Position numbers and translations under genes: made by a program. The notes under the pieces are model-generated. The model was not told where the DNA came from, ran no database searches, and saw only the letters and a list, made by a program, of their open reading frames with translations. From Candidatus Woesearchaeota archaeon (GTDB taxonomy: Archaea > Nanobdellota > Nanobdellia > Pacearchaeales > GW2011-AR1), in assembly GCA_964362915.1 (NCBI GenBank), contig CAYIGH010000002.1, positions 16,757-73,623 on the forward strand: 56,867 nt of DNA, read 5' to 3'. Position 1 is the stretch's first letter. Each line of letters begins with the position of its first letter. Shown here in pieces: positions 35,200 through 44,571 of this stretch.

Positions 35200-35499
35200 A
35201 TGGATATAAACCCAAAATTCGGTTTACCGACCGAATCAGATGTGTTCGAGGAAATCGCTAAAAGTGAGCAGCACATCAAGGTAGCAACAGAAAAACGGCG
35301 TTATGGCAAGACTATAACGCTAGTTACTGGATTAAGCAGAAACCTGGATATTAAGGGAATAGCAAAAACCCTTAAAGAGAAGCTGGCCTGTGGCGGCACT
35401 GTAAAAAATGACGTCATAGAACTGCAGGGAAACCACCGGAAGAATGTAAGGCCTATTTTGGCAAAACTAGGCTTTCCAGAAGATTCGATAAGCGATTAA
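35200..35499 (+). CDS. Translation initiation factor SUI1/aIF1
   Basis: IKVATEKRRYGKTITLVTGL....LKEKLACGGTVKNDVIELQGNHR. Confidence 0.9.
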   Translation: MDINPKFGLPTESDVFEEIAKSEQHIKVATEKRRYGKTITLVTGLSRNLDIKGIAKTLKEKLACGGTVKNDVIELQGNHRKNVRPILAKLGFPEDSISD

Positions 35500-35536
35500 T
35501 CAGCATATCTGATAAGCAATAGAGGTAGAAAGAAAT

Positions 35537-35851
35537 ATGGAGAAGGAAAAGCAGCAGAAGGAGAAGAAGAAAGACATAGTTAGAACAATGAATATCCCTA
35601 CTAGAGGCAGAATATTCAAGGGAACAATTACAAAGAAATTTCCTACACGAGTAGTAGTAGAATTCGAAAGAACAGTCTATATATCAAAATATGAACGATA
35701 TTATAAGAAAAAAACAAGATTACACGCATATCTCCCTCAAGGATTAAACGTAAATGTTGGAGATTACGTAAAACTACAAGAATGCAGGCCTTTAAGCAAG
35801 ATAATTCATTTTATAGTAATAGAAAAAATTTCTAAGGAAAAAATACAATGA
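35537..35851 (+). CDS. rps17: 30S ribosomal protein S17 (uS17)
   Basis: RGRIFKGTITKKFPTRVVVEFERTVYISKYERY..GDYVKLQECRPLSK. Confidence 0.9.
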   Translation: MEKEKQQKEKKKDIVRTMNIPTRGRIFKGTITKKFPTRVVVEFERTVYISKYERYYKKKTRLHAYLPQGLNVNVGDYVKLQECRPLSKIIHFIVIEKISKEKIQ

Positions 35852-36249
35852 AGGCAATAAACGCAAAAGTTACTCGCGGTTTGAATATAGGAAGCCACGT
35901 TTTGGCATCAGACAACAGTGGAGCAAGAATTGTAAAAATTACTTCAGTTGTCCATGGAAAATCTAAAAAAGGAAGACAGCAATATGCAAAAGTATCTGAT
36001 TGGGTCAAAGTATCTGTAAGAGCAGGCAAGCCAGATATGAAAGGCCAAGTCTTTGATGCAGTAGTAATAAGGCAAAGGAAATCTTATAGAAGAAGAACAG
36101 GAGAAAGAGTCTGTTTTGAAGATAACGCGGTTGCTCTCTTAAAAGACGACAAAGGCAATCCTAAGGGCACACAGATCAAAGGCCCAGTGGCAAGGGAGGT
36201 TCAGGAGCGATGGCAATCTGTTGCAAAAATCGCTCAATTTGTTCTTTAA
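35848..36249 (+). CDS. rpl14: 50S ribosomal protein L14 (uL14)
   Basis: ..LASDNSGARIVKI....VVIRQRK...G..V.FEDNA. Confidence 0.95.
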   Translation: MKAINAKVTRGLNIGSHVLASDNSGARIVKITSVVHGKSKKGRQQYAKVSDWVKVSVRAGKPDMKGQVFDAVVIRQRKSYRRRTGERVCFEDNAVALLKDDKGNPKGTQIKGPVAREVQERWQSVAKIAQFVL

Positions 36250-36250
36250 T

Positions 36251-36715
36251 ATGAAATCTTCATTCTCAACATCATGGCTATCTTCCGTTCAGCCAAGAAA
36301 ACAAAGAAAATACATTTATAATGCTCCTTTACATATAAAGCATAAGTTTTTAAGTGCACAATTATCAAAACAATTAAGAAAAAAGCATGGCAAGAGGAAT
36401 CTTCCCCTCAGGAAAGGGGATGAGGTGCTTATCATGCGCGGAAGTTTTAGGAAGAAAAAGGCAAAAATCACTTCTATAGAGCTTAAAGATTCTAGAGTTA
36501 TTCTGGAAGGAATCCAAAGATCAAAGAAGGATGGAACCAAAGTCAATGTATATTTCCATCCAAGCAAGCTTCAAATTCAATCTTTGAATTTAGACGACAA
36601 AAAAAGACTTTTAGCCATAGAAAGGAAATTGCCAAATAAGAATCCTAAGCAAGAGTCTAAAGAAAAATCCATGGAGAAGAAAAATGCACTTAAAGAGACA
36701 AAAGGCAGCAATTAA
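36251..36715 (+). CDS. rpl24: 50S ribosomal protein L24 (uL24)
   Basis: KOW motif LRKGDEVLIMRGSFRKKKAKI. The ATG at 36251 is preferred over the track start 36221. Confidence 0.9.
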   Translation: MKSSFSTSWLSSVQPRKQRKYIYNAPLHIKHKFLSAQLSKQLRKKHGKRNLPLRKGDEVLIMRGSFRKKKAKITSIELKDSRVILEGIQRSKKDGTKVNVYFHPSKLQIQSLNLDDKKRLLAIERKLPNKNPKQESKEKSMEKKNALKETKGSN

Positions 36716-37304
36716 GTTGCCAATTCCAAGAAAAGGGACAAAATATATAGCCAGAGCGTTGTCAAATCTTAATAATTCTGTTACAGTCGTAATAGCTGTA
36801 AGAGACATGCTGAAATTAGCTAGGACTGCCGCAGAAGTAAAAAAGATGATTCACAGAAAACTTCTTAAAATAAATGGCAAAAATGTAAAGGACTATAGGG
36901 AAAGTATAAGACTTTTTAATTTATTTGAAGCAGATAAACCCTACATTTTAACATTATTACCAACTGGAAAGTTCACTTTAGAAGAATCAAAAGAAAAGAA
37001 CATAAGACTTTGTAAAATCATAAATAAAAAATTAATAAAAAATAATTCTATACAATTAAATTTGCATGACGGTTCAAACATTATTTCCAAGGAGCCTATT
37101 TCAGTTGGAGATTCTGTTCTTCTTGATTTAGCAGGCAAAATAAAAAAGCATATTCCTCTGGAGAGAGGAAGAGAGGCAATAATAATCGAGGGCAAATATC
37201 TAGGTCTAAATGGAAAAATAGAAAATGTGAAAGATAATTTAATAACCATCAAGATAGAAGAAAAAACAACAATGCTCCCCAAAAGGCAGGTAATTGCACG
37301 ATGA
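36684..37304 (+). CDS. rps4e: 30S ribosomal protein S4e (eS4)
   Basis: MHLKRQKAAIKLPIPRKGTKYI... Confidence 0.9.
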   Translation: MHLKRQKAAIKLPIPRKGTKYIARALSNLNNSVTVVIAVRDMLKLARTAAEVKKMIHRKLLKINGKNVKDYRESIRLFNLFEADKPYILTLLPTGKFTLEESKEKNIRLCKIINKKLIKNNSIQLNLHDGSNIISKEPISVGDSVLLDLAGKIKKHIPLERGREAIIIEGKYLGLNGKIENVKDNLITIKIEEKTTMLPKRQVIAR

Positions 37305-37831
37305 ATCAAAGTTTACAGCAAGAAATAAAAATGGAAAATCCATCAAGAAAGATAAAGATAGAAAAAGTAGTTCTTAGCTGTGGCGCCACAGGAACAGATC
37401 TGGAAAAATCAAGAAAGCTTTTAGAGTTAATCTCAGGCATGAAAGCTCAAATTCTTACATCAAGAAAAAGAATACCAAATTTCGATGTTCGTCCTGGATT
37501 AGAAGTTGGCACTAGAACAACACTAAGAGGAGAAAAAGCATTAAATTTATTAAAAAGACTGCTTGGAGCAATAGGTAATACCCTCTCAGAAGAACAGATC
37601 TCAGAAAATCACTTTTCTTTTGGAATAAAGGAATATATAGAAATTCCCGGTTTGGAATATCAGAGAGATATAGGGATTCGTGGTCTTAATATTACAATAA
37701 ATTTCATTAGGCATGGAGCGAGAGTTAAAAGAAAAAAGATAAAATCAGGCAAATTACCAAAAAAGCAGCATGTGAGAAGAGAAGAAATAATTAAATTTAT
37801 GGAGGAAAACTTCCAAACGAAGTTTGTTTAA
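37301..37831 (+). CDS. rpl5: 50S ribosomal protein L5 (uL5)
   Basis: IKIEKVVLSCG.....RKRIPNFDVRPGLEVGTRTTLRG. Confidence 0.95.
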   Translation: MNQSLQQEIKMENPSRKIKIEKVVLSCGATGTDLEKSRKLLELISGMKAQILTSRKRIPNFDVRPGLEVGTRTTLRGEKALNLLKRLLGAIGNTLSEEQISENHFSFGIKEYIEIPGLEYQRDIGIRGLNITINFIRHGARVKRKKIKSGKLPKKQHVRREEIIKFMEENFQTKFV

Positions 37832-37872
37832 GATGATAGATAAATCAAAGTTAATTGAGGAAAAAATATAAT

Positions 37873-38301
37873 ATGACAGACAAACCTTTAGAAAGAAAAT
37901 TGATTTCAGGAAGAAAGTATTTAGTTGGCCCTGAAAATAAGGAAATGGTTTATTATGGAAAATCTCCTTATAATTATGAAGTATTTTGCAATTGGGAAAT
38001 CTTAGATGGAGGACCAATAGAATGTCTTCAGATAGAAGCTAATAATTTTTTATTGAATGAAAACCATGTAGAAGATAGAACTGGAAAATATTTTGAGCGA
38101 ACTATAAGATTTACAAGCCCTAAGCAATTAGGTCAAAAAGACAACAGCAACATATCATTCGCCAAAATGTTTGAAAGAACTGCAAAAATTGTTAGATGTG
38201 AATTAAGAGGAGATTCAGTAGAATATGAATTAAAAAAAATTCATGAAAGCTTACTTTATGTAAAATTGAGTGCAATATTGGAAGGAGGAGAATCAAAATG
38301 A
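37873..38301 (+). CDS. Orphan ORF interleaved between L5 and S14 (142 aa)
   Basis: ATG at 37873 with GAGGA upstream. ATGA overlap with the S14 start. N-terminal [10 protein letters not shown] motif. Confidence 0.55.
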   Translation: MTDKPLERKLISGRKYLVGPENKEMVYYGKSPYNYEVFCNWEILDGGPIECLQIEANNFLLNENHVEDRTGKYFERTIRFTSPKQLGQKDNSNISFAKMFERTAKIVRCELRGDSVEYELKKIHESLLYVKLSAILEGGESK

Positions 38302-38528
38302 CAGCAAGCGACTGGAATAAAATATTAAGGCAGTTAAAAAGCAAACCAGCAGTAATGCAGAAATTTCTAAAGCATTGCAAGCCAAAAAATCGCTCCACAG
38401 GAATAGCAAGAAAAAAATGTGAAAGATGCGGCAGATTCGGCGCCCATTTAAATCAGTATAATCTAAACCTCTGCAGGCAGTGCTTCCGTGAAATTGCGGA
38501 AGAAATCGGCTTCGAAAAATACAGCTAA
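38298..38528 (+). CDS. rps14: 30S ribosomal protein S14 (uS14, Zn type)
   Basis: [40 protein letters not shown] lies upstream of 38298. An alternative internal start at 38355 would give the usual ~57 aa. Confidence 0.9.
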   Translation: MTASDWNKILRQLKSKPAVMQKFLKHCKPKNRSTGIARKKCERCGRFGAHLNQYNLNLCRQCFREIAEEIGFEKYS

Positions 38529-38529
38529 A

Positions 38530-38904
38530 ATGTCACACGATGTAATTGCAGACGCGCTCAACAAGATAATGAATGCCAAGAGAGCAGGCAAATCAAGTTT
38601 GGAAATAAGCTTTCGCTCAAAATTTCTTATTTCAATTCTAGCCCTTGCAAAATTTAAAGGATACATTAAAGACTATAAACTAACAGGAAAAATACTAAAA
38701 ATAGAATTAGGCAGTCTTAACAAATGTAATGCAATAAAGCCGAGATTTACATTAACAGTTGAGGAAATAGAAAAATATGAGAAAAGATATCTCCCGGCAA
38801 AAGATTTCGGCATTTTAATACTAACAACCTCAAAAGGCTTAATGACAAATCAAACCGCAAAAGAAAAAAATATAGGGGGGAGCTTAATAGCTTATATGTA
38901 CTGA
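38530..38904 (+). CDS. rps8: 30S ribosomal protein S8 (uS8)
   Basis: MSHDVIADALNKIMNAKRAGK... The ATG at 38530 is preferred over the track start 38488. Confidence 0.95.
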   Translation: MSHDVIADALNKIMNAKRAGKSSLEISFRSKFLISILALAKFKGYIKDYKLTGKILKIELGSLNKCNAIKPRFTLTVEEIEKYEKRYLPAKDFGILILTTSKGLMTNQTAKEKNIGGSLIAYMY

Positions 38905-38905
38905 A

Positions 38906-39448
38906 ATGAGAAAATTAATTACAGAAGAAATAGAAATTCCTAAAGAAATAAATTGCGAATATAAAGACAAATTTTTAATCTGTAAAAAGGATTCTATAGA
39001 GTTAAAAAGGATGATAAGTCTTCCCACAATTTCGCTCTCGATTAAAGATAATAAAATATTACTAACTGCTCTAAAGGCAGGCAAGTATGAAAAAAAAACA
39101 ATATTAGCTTTCATAAATCACATAAAAAATATTTTCCTCGGCCTTAATGAAAAATTCATTTATCATCTAGAAGCATGCAACGTCCACTTTCCAATGACCT
39201 TAAAAATTGAAGGCAATAAATTAGCAATAAACAATTTTCTCGGGGAAAAAACACCCCGCTATGCAGAAATTCTCCAAAATGTCGAGGTCCAAATAAAAGG
39301 CAGCTCAATTACTGTTTTATCTCATGATAAAGAAGCCGCAGGCCAGACAGCTGCGAATTTTGAAAAAGCTACAAAAGTAAAAAATAGAGACAGAAGAATC
39401 TTTCAGGATGGAATATTTATTGTTGAAAAGCCCGGAGATAAAAAATAA
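38906..39448 (+). CDS. rpl6: 50S ribosomal protein L6 (uL6)
   Basis: Two-domain L6 pattern, ..NNFLGEKTPRYAEI... Confidence 0.9.
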   Translation: MRKLITEEIEIPKEINCEYKDKFLICKKDSIELKRMISLPTISLSIKDNKILLTALKAGKYEKKTILAFINHIKNIFLGLNEKFIYHLEACNVHFPMTLKIEGNKLAINNFLGEKTPRYAEILQNVEVQIKGSSITVLSHDKEAAGQTAANFEKATKVKNRDRRIFQDGIFIVEKPGDKK

Positions 39449-39810
39449 TGGCAAGAAATTTTTTAAGACAAGACTTCATGAGGCATATCAAACTAGGCAA
39501 GCATAGAAAGAAATTGCAGAAATGGAGGCGACCTAAAGGAAGGCATAGTAAAATGAGGAATAAAAGAAAAGGTTATCCAGTTTCTCCAGGAGCAGGATAT
39601 AAAAAATCAAGAAATGAAAGAGGCAAAATTTTAAGACTATATCCCAAATTAGTCACAAATATAAAAGATTTAACAGGCGCAGATAAGGATAATATTATAA
39701 TAATCGCAAGTAGAGTAGGCGCAAGAAAAAGAATAGAACTAATCAAAAAAGCAGAAGAGATGAAACTAAAAATTTTAAACATTAAGGAGAGAATAAAAAA
39801 TGAATCTTAA
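39448..39810 (+). CDS. rpl32e: 50S ribosomal protein L32e (eL32)
   Basis: KWRRPKGRHSKMRNKRKGYP..PGAGYKK. Confidence 0.9.
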   Translation: MARNFLRQDFMRHIKLGKHRKKLQKWRRPKGRHSKMRNKRKGYPVSPGAGYKKSRNERGKILRLYPKLVTNIKDLTGADKDNIIIIASRVGARKRIELIKKAEEMKLKILNIKERIKNES

Positions 39811-40207
39811 TAAAAAGAAGGAATTAGCAGCGCGCACAATCAATATAGGCAAAAAAAGAATAGTTTTCAATATAAACAGATTGGATGAAATAAAAGAAGC
39901 AATTACAAAACAAGACATAAAAGATCTCATTAAAACTGAAGCAATTATTATAAAAGAAATAAAAGGCAGAAAAGTAAAAGTAAAAAGGAAAACAAGAATA
40001 AGAGCGGGCAGCAGAAGGAGAATAATTATAAATAAAAAAAGAGAGTATATTAACCTTGTTAGAAAATTAAGAAATTATCTCAAAGCACTGAAGAAACAAG
40101 GAAAAATTTCCAAAGTGAATAATATAAAAATTCTGACAGAAATAAAAGCCAGGAAAATTAAGAACATATCTCAAATAAGAGATATGTTAATTAAGGAGCC
40201 AAAATGA
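39800..40207 (+). CDS. rpl19e: 50S ribosomal protein L19e (eL19)
   Basis: LNKKKELAARTINIGKKRIVFN....IKGRKVKVKRK. Confidence 0.9.
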   Translation: MNLNKKKELAARTINIGKKRIVFNINRLDEIKEAITKQDIKDLIKTEAIIIKEIKGRKVKVKRKTRIRAGSRRRIIINKKREYINLVRKLRNYLKALKKQGKISKVNNIKILTEIKARKIKNISQIRDMLIKEPK

Positions 40208-40677
40208 TAAAATTAAGAAGACGCAGATTAGAAAAAAGAACAGATTATAAGGCAAGATTAGCATTGCTTAAATTTAAGAAAGCGCGGCTAGTAGCTAGAA
40301 AAACAAATAAGCATATCATAGTCCAGATTGTTGAAACAAAACAAGCCCAGGACAGAGTTATTACAGGGCTGACTTCCCAAGTGCTTTTAGAAAAAGGCTG
40401 GCCTAAAAATGGCTCTGGGAGTTTAAAGAATAAAGCGGCAGCATATCTAGTAGGTTTTTTAATAGGAAAAATAGCTCAAGAAAAAGGAGTAAAATCAGCC
40501 ATATTCGATATAGGGATGCATAGAAACATTCATAAATCCAGACTTTATGCCATTCTGAAAGGCGCAATTGATGCAGGATTAGATATCCAGCATTCAAAAG
40601 AAGTCTTGCCTTCAAATGAAGAAATACAAAAAAACGAAAAATTCAGAAATATAATCCATAAAATAACTAAAGAATAA
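40204..40677 (+). CDS. rpl18: 50S ribosomal protein L18 (uL18)
   Basis: RRRRLEKRTDYKARLALLK..ARLVARKTNKHIIVQIV. Confidence 0.9.
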   Translation: MIKLRRRRLEKRTDYKARLALLKFKKARLVARKTNKHIIVQIVETKQAQDRVITGLTSQVLLEKGWPKNGSGSLKNKAAAYLVGFLIGKIAQEKGVKSAIFDIGMHRNIHKSRLYAILKGAIDAGLDIQHSKEVLPSNEEIQKNEKFRNIIHKITKE

Positions 40678-40678
40678 A

Positions 40679-41464
40679 ATGGCAGAGAAAGAAACAAAAA
40701 ACAATCCCAAGAGCGTTATAGAAGCTGTTCCAGAAGCAGTAGAAGAATTAGCAAAAGAGATATCTACATCTGAGGAAATCACAATAAAAGAAGAAAAATT
40801 AACAGCCAAAAAAGAAGCGATTATATCATGGATACCCAAAACAAAACTCGGAAAGCAAGTTAAAGCTGGTGAAGTAAAAAATATAGACATAATTTTAGAA
40901 GAAGGAAAAAAAATCCTAGAACCAGAGATCATAGATTCACTTCTAAACATAGAATCAGAATTGCTTTTAGTAGGACAAGCCAAAGGAAAATTCGGCGGAG
41001 GAAAAAGACGTGCATGGAGGCAAACTCAAAAAAAGACGCAAGAAGGGAATATTATTACATTCTCAACAATGGTCGTTGTCGGCGATAAAAATGGGTATGT
41101 AGGTATCGGCTATGGTAAAGCAAAAGAAACGCTTCCAGCAAGGGAGAAGGCATTAAGACAGGCAAAGCTAAACATAATAAAAATAAATAGAGGATTTGAA
41201 GATCCTGCAGACACCGCAAAAAACGACCCCCACACCATCCCATTCAAAGTAGAAGGTAAATGTGGAAGTGTAAGAATTACTTTATTTCCTGCTCCAAGAG
41301 GGACAGGTCTTGCAGTTGCTGATGAATGCAAAAAAATATTGCGATTAGCAGGCATAAAAGATATTTATAGTAGGACGATAGGACAGACAAGAACAACATT
41401 CAATTTGGCAAAAGCATGTCTAGATGCCCTAATAAAAACAAAAAAAATAATAAGACAAAAATGA
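40679..41464 (+). CDS. rps5: 30S ribosomal protein S5 (uS5) with acidic/Lys-rich N-terminal extension
   Basis: ..FSTMVVVGDKNGYVGIGYGKAKETLPAREKALRQAK.. Confidence 0.95.
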   Translation: MAEKETKNNPKSVIEAVPEAVEELAKEISTSEEITIKEEKLTAKKEAIISWIPKTKLGKQVKAGEVKNIDIILEEGKKILEPEIIDSLLNIESELLLVGQAKGKFGGGKRRAWRQTQKKTQEGNIITFSTMVVVGDKNGYVGIGYGKAKETLPAREKALRQAKLNIIKINRGFEDPADTAKNDPHTIPFKVEGKCGSVRITLFPAPRGTGLAVADECKKILRLAGIKDIYSRTIGQTRTTFNLAKACLDALIKTKKIIRQK

Positions 41465-41880
41465 TAATAGCAATAAGAATTTCAGGTTTAGTGAATATGT
41501 CTGGAGAAATGCAGGAAACGCTTTATAGATTAAGATTAAGAAAAAAATATAGTGCAGTCCTTCTAAAACCAACGAAAATAAATCTTAAAGTACTTAAAAA
41601 AATAAGAAATCACATAGCATATGGCGATATAAACAAAGAAACTCTTAAAGAATTAGTCGAAAAAAGGGGAATTTTTTTAAATAAATCAAAAAAAGCCAAT
41701 ATCGAAAAGATCGTGGAGAATTTAGAGAAAGATATATCATCTCCAGAAATAAAGCCATTTTTTAGATTGCATCCTCCAAGAGGAGGCATAGATGCTAAAA
41801 AACATTTCGGCGTTTCAAAAAAAGCAGTTTTAGGCGATAATAAAGATAAAATAAATGATCTTTTAAGGAGGATGCTATGA
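41461..41880 (+). CDS. rpl30: 50S ribosomal protein L30 (uL30)
   Basis: MIIAIRISGLVNMSGEMQETLYRLRLRKK. The ATG at 41461 is preferred over the track start 41416. Confidence 0.9.
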   Translation: MIIAIRISGLVNMSGEMQETLYRLRLRKKYSAVLLKPTKINLKVLKKIRNHIAYGDINKETLKELVEKRGIFLNKSKKANIEKIVENLEKDISSPEIKPFFRLHPPRGGIDAKKHFGVSKKAVLGDNKDKINDLLRRML

Positions 41881-42323
41881 AGCTTAAAAAACGACATAAG
41901 GCATCGCGATTTAGGGGTTCTCACACACACGGAAGAGGATTTAAGAAGAAAGCAAGAGGTTCAGGCCATCGTGGCGGAAAAGGCATGGCAGGAACAGGAA
42001 AAAGAGCAGACCAAAGAAAAACCTTAGTGCTTAACTTATATGGGAACGATTATTTTGGAAAAGATAAAGCTCTTAGAAGAAAACAAAAAAATAGGTTGAA
42101 TCAAATCAACATTCAGGAAATTATGCAAAATCTAAATTCCTATATAAAATCCGGAAAGGCCAAAGAATTAAAAGATCATATAGAACTAAATTTTAAGGGC
42201 TATAAAATTTTAGGTTTAGGAGAAGTAAGCAAAAAAATTAAAATAAATGCCTCAGCTGCATCAAAATCAGCTCTAGAAAAAATTAAAAAAGCAGGCGGAG
42301 ATATAATAATAGAAAATGCGTAA
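41877..42323 (+). CDS. rpl15: 50S ribosomal protein L15 (uL15)
   Basis: RFRGSHTHGRGFKKKARGSGHRGGKGMAGTGKRA. Confidence 0.95.
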   Translation: MKLKKRHKASRFRGSHTHGRGFKKKARGSGHRGGKGMAGTGKRADQRKTLVLNLYGNDYFGKDKALRRKQKNRLNQINIQEIMQNLNSYIKSGKAKELKDHIELNFKGYKILGLGEVSKKIKINASAASKSALEKIKKAGGDIIIENA

Positions 42324-42384
42324 AACAAATAATAAAAATGCCAATAAAGTGAATCTTTAAAAACCTCTTTTTTCTAAACACCAT

Positions 42385-43770
42385 ATGGCCCTTAAAGATA
42401 TATTTTATAATCTTCCAGAAGTAAAAAAACCAATTGAAAAAAAACTTAGCTTTAACGTAAAGCTTAAATGGACAATTATAGTCCTTCTTTCTTTCTTTGT
42501 CCTAGCAAACATCTCTTTATACGGTGTTTCAAAAGGATTTCTAGATAGATTTGAATTTTTAGAAGTAATTTTAGGAACTGATTTTGGCAGTATTATCAGC
42601 TTAGGTATTGGCCCAATTGTAATGGCTTCAATTATACTGCAGTTATTAGTTGGCTCCGGCATATTAAACATTGATACAAAAACAGAAGAAGGAAAAAAGT
42701 TTTTTCAAGGATTGCAGAAATTAGGAGTATTATTTTTTATATTATTTGAAGCATTGGTTTATGTTTTAATGGGAGGAATACAAGCATCCCCTGGTTTCAC
42801 AGGAATTGTTATAACTCAGCTTATTCTTGGCGGACTTGCAATAATGTTTCTAGATGAGGTAGCACAAAAATGGGGATTTGGATCAGGAGTTTCGTTATTT
42901 ATTGTCGCAGGTGTAGCATGGCGTTTATTTACAGGTCTCTTCCAATTTATAGGAACAAATGGCGAAATTTGTTTATTCGACTTTAAAAATACTGCCTGTG
43001 CAGGCAAAATATTAGTTATAATTCAATCTCTAATAAATGGAGCCCCTACAGAAATTTATTCCGCAGTTGCGGCAATATTATTTACAGTTGTTGTTTTTCT
43101 TGCAGTTGTTTGGGCGCAGAATCTTAAAGTAGAAATTCCTTTATCTTATGAAAGATTAAGAGGATATAGCATAAAATGGCCATTACAATTTTTCTATGCA
43201 TCAAACATTCCTGTTATTTTAGTAGCCGCTTTAGCAGCAAATATTCAGCTATTTGGAGGGCTTCTTGAGAACTGGCTGGGGCGCCCAACATTCATTGGAG
43301 GATTTTCTCAAGGCCTGCCAGTTTCAGGCCTGGCATATTGGATAGGAAACACTAATCTAGTAGAGGCGCTAATTAGAGGAAATTTCCAGAATATTATGTT
43401 CCTTCAAGCCCTAACTCATTTGTTATTTTACATAAGCCTATCAGCTTTATTCGCTGTCTTTTGGGTGAAAACATCAGGCATGGATGAATCGTCCCAAGCA
43501 AAAAATATTCTTGGATCAGGTTTACAAATTCCCGGATTTAGAAAAGATCCTCGTGTTTTAGAGGCAATTTTAAAAAGATATATTATGCCCTTAACAATTA
43601 TGGGAGGCATAACAGTCGGAGCATTATCTTCTATTGCAGATCTTCTCGGAGCATTAACTTCTGGAACAGCAATACTTTTGGCAGTTATGATAATGTACAA
43701 AATGTATGAAGACATTGCCAGACAGCATGCTGTAGATATGCATCCTGCTCTAAGAAAAATGATAGGTTAA
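42385..43770 (+). CDS. secY: Preprotein translocase subunit SecY
   Basis: 10-TM protein in the canonical position after L15. ..GIGPIVMASIILQLL.. and ..GFGSGVSLFI.. Confidence 0.95.
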   Translation: MALKDIFYNLPEVKKPIEKKLSFNVKLKWTIIVLLSFFVLANISLYGVSKGFLDRFEFLEVILGTDFGSIISLGIGPIVMASIILQLLVGSGILNIDTKTEEGKKFFQGLQKLGVLFFILFEALVYVLMGGIQASPGFTGIVITQLILGGLAIMFLDEVAQKWGFGSGVSLFIVAGVAWRLFTGLFQFIGTNGEICLFDFKNTACAGKILVIIQSLINGAPTEIYSAVAAILFTVVVFLAVVWAQNLKVEIPLSYERLRGYSIKWPLQFFYASNIPVILVAALAANIQLFGGLLENWLGRPTFIGGFSQGLPVSGLAYWIGNTNLVEALIRGNFQNIMFLQALTHLLFYISLSALFAVFWVKTSGMDESSQAKNILGSGLQIPGFRKDPRVLEAILKRYIMPLTIMGGITVGALSSIADLLGALTSGTAILLAVMIMYKMYEDIARQHAVDMHPALRKMIG

Positions 43771-43824
43771 TAATCAAATTTAAAAAGAACCTTTCTTAAT
43801 TAAATATATAAAAAAGAAAATAAA

Positions 43825-44355
43825 ATGAAAACATTAAGAATAGTATTCATTATAATGCTTGTTTCTTTACTAATAGCTTCACTTTGGAACTACATTCCAG
43901 CTATAAAGCAAGGAGCCCATTTAATTCTAGATCCTACAGCAGGCAGATTATTGAACTACAATGTAAATCTGGGAATGATATTCGTTTCAGCGATAATAAC
44001 TCTTTTTATAACAATTGTTCAAAAATATACTGTAGATAACGAAACTCTCAAGCAATTGAAAGGGGAGCAAAAAAAGATTCAGGAAGATATGAAACTACTT
44101 AAGGAACATCCAGAAAAACTAATGCAGCTTCAAAAACAAAGTATGGAAAAAGCAGGCGAAATGTTCTCCCTTTCAATGAAGTCTTTCAGTTACACAGCAA
44201 TTCCAATAATACTTTTTTTCAGATGGTTTAGCGATTATTTTGGAGCATTCAATCCTCCTCTAAAAATACTTGGCTTTCTCTCATGGTTCTGGGCATATTT
44301 AATCTTTAGCATAATTTTCTCTATCATATTTAGAAAAGCATTTAAATTGCCCTAA
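43825..44355 (+). CDS. DUF106 / EMC3-TMCO1-like membrane insertase homologue
   Basis: Three TM segments with a coiled-coil loop (KQLKGEQKKIQEDMKLLKEHPEKLMQLQKQSMEK). Sits in the usual superoperon position downstream of SecY. Confidence 0.7.
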   Translation: MKTLRIVFIIMLVSLLIASLWNYIPAIKQGAHLILDPTAGRLLNYNVNLGMIFVSAIITLFITIVQKYTVDNETLKQLKGEQKKIQEDMKLLKEHPEKLMQLQKQSMEKAGEMFSLSMKSFSYTAIPIILFFRWFSDYFGAFNPPLKILGFLSWFWAYLIFSIIFSIIFRKAFKLP

Positions 44356-44571
44356 TTAAAATTCTATTGTCAATAAAGGAGCAATATCTATATTATCTAT
44401 TTTATATTTTGTAAAATAAATATATTCTAAATCCCCATAACGTATCCCTGACTTATCCCTATCCTGCTCTTTTTCCCATCTAAGCTTAGATAATTGGTAA
44501 GAATAAGAGCAACATCCATCTAATCCAACCATGCTAATTAAAAGCATAACCAACCCCTTTTCATTTAACAT
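44356..44571 (-). CDS. Hypothetical small protein (71 aa) overlapping the 3' end of psmA
   Basis: Overlaps the psmA stop by 11 nt. ORF evidence only. Confidence 0.35.
   Translation of the reverse strand: MLNEKGLVMLLISMVGLDGCCSYSYQLSKLRWEKEQDRDKSGIRYGDLEYIYFTKYKIDNIDIAPLLTIEF

Noticed and set aside
32394-35279. Several long minus-strand track ORFs opposite the r-protein genes (32394-32993, 33590-33994, 34172-34615, 34884-35279). Similar ones occur at 36941-37309, 40612-40983 and 41610-41930.
   Set aside because: They are antisense to unmistakable r-protein genes. Their sequences are Leu/Phe/Ser-rich with no motifs, the typical shadow of K/E-rich AT-rich coding sequence.
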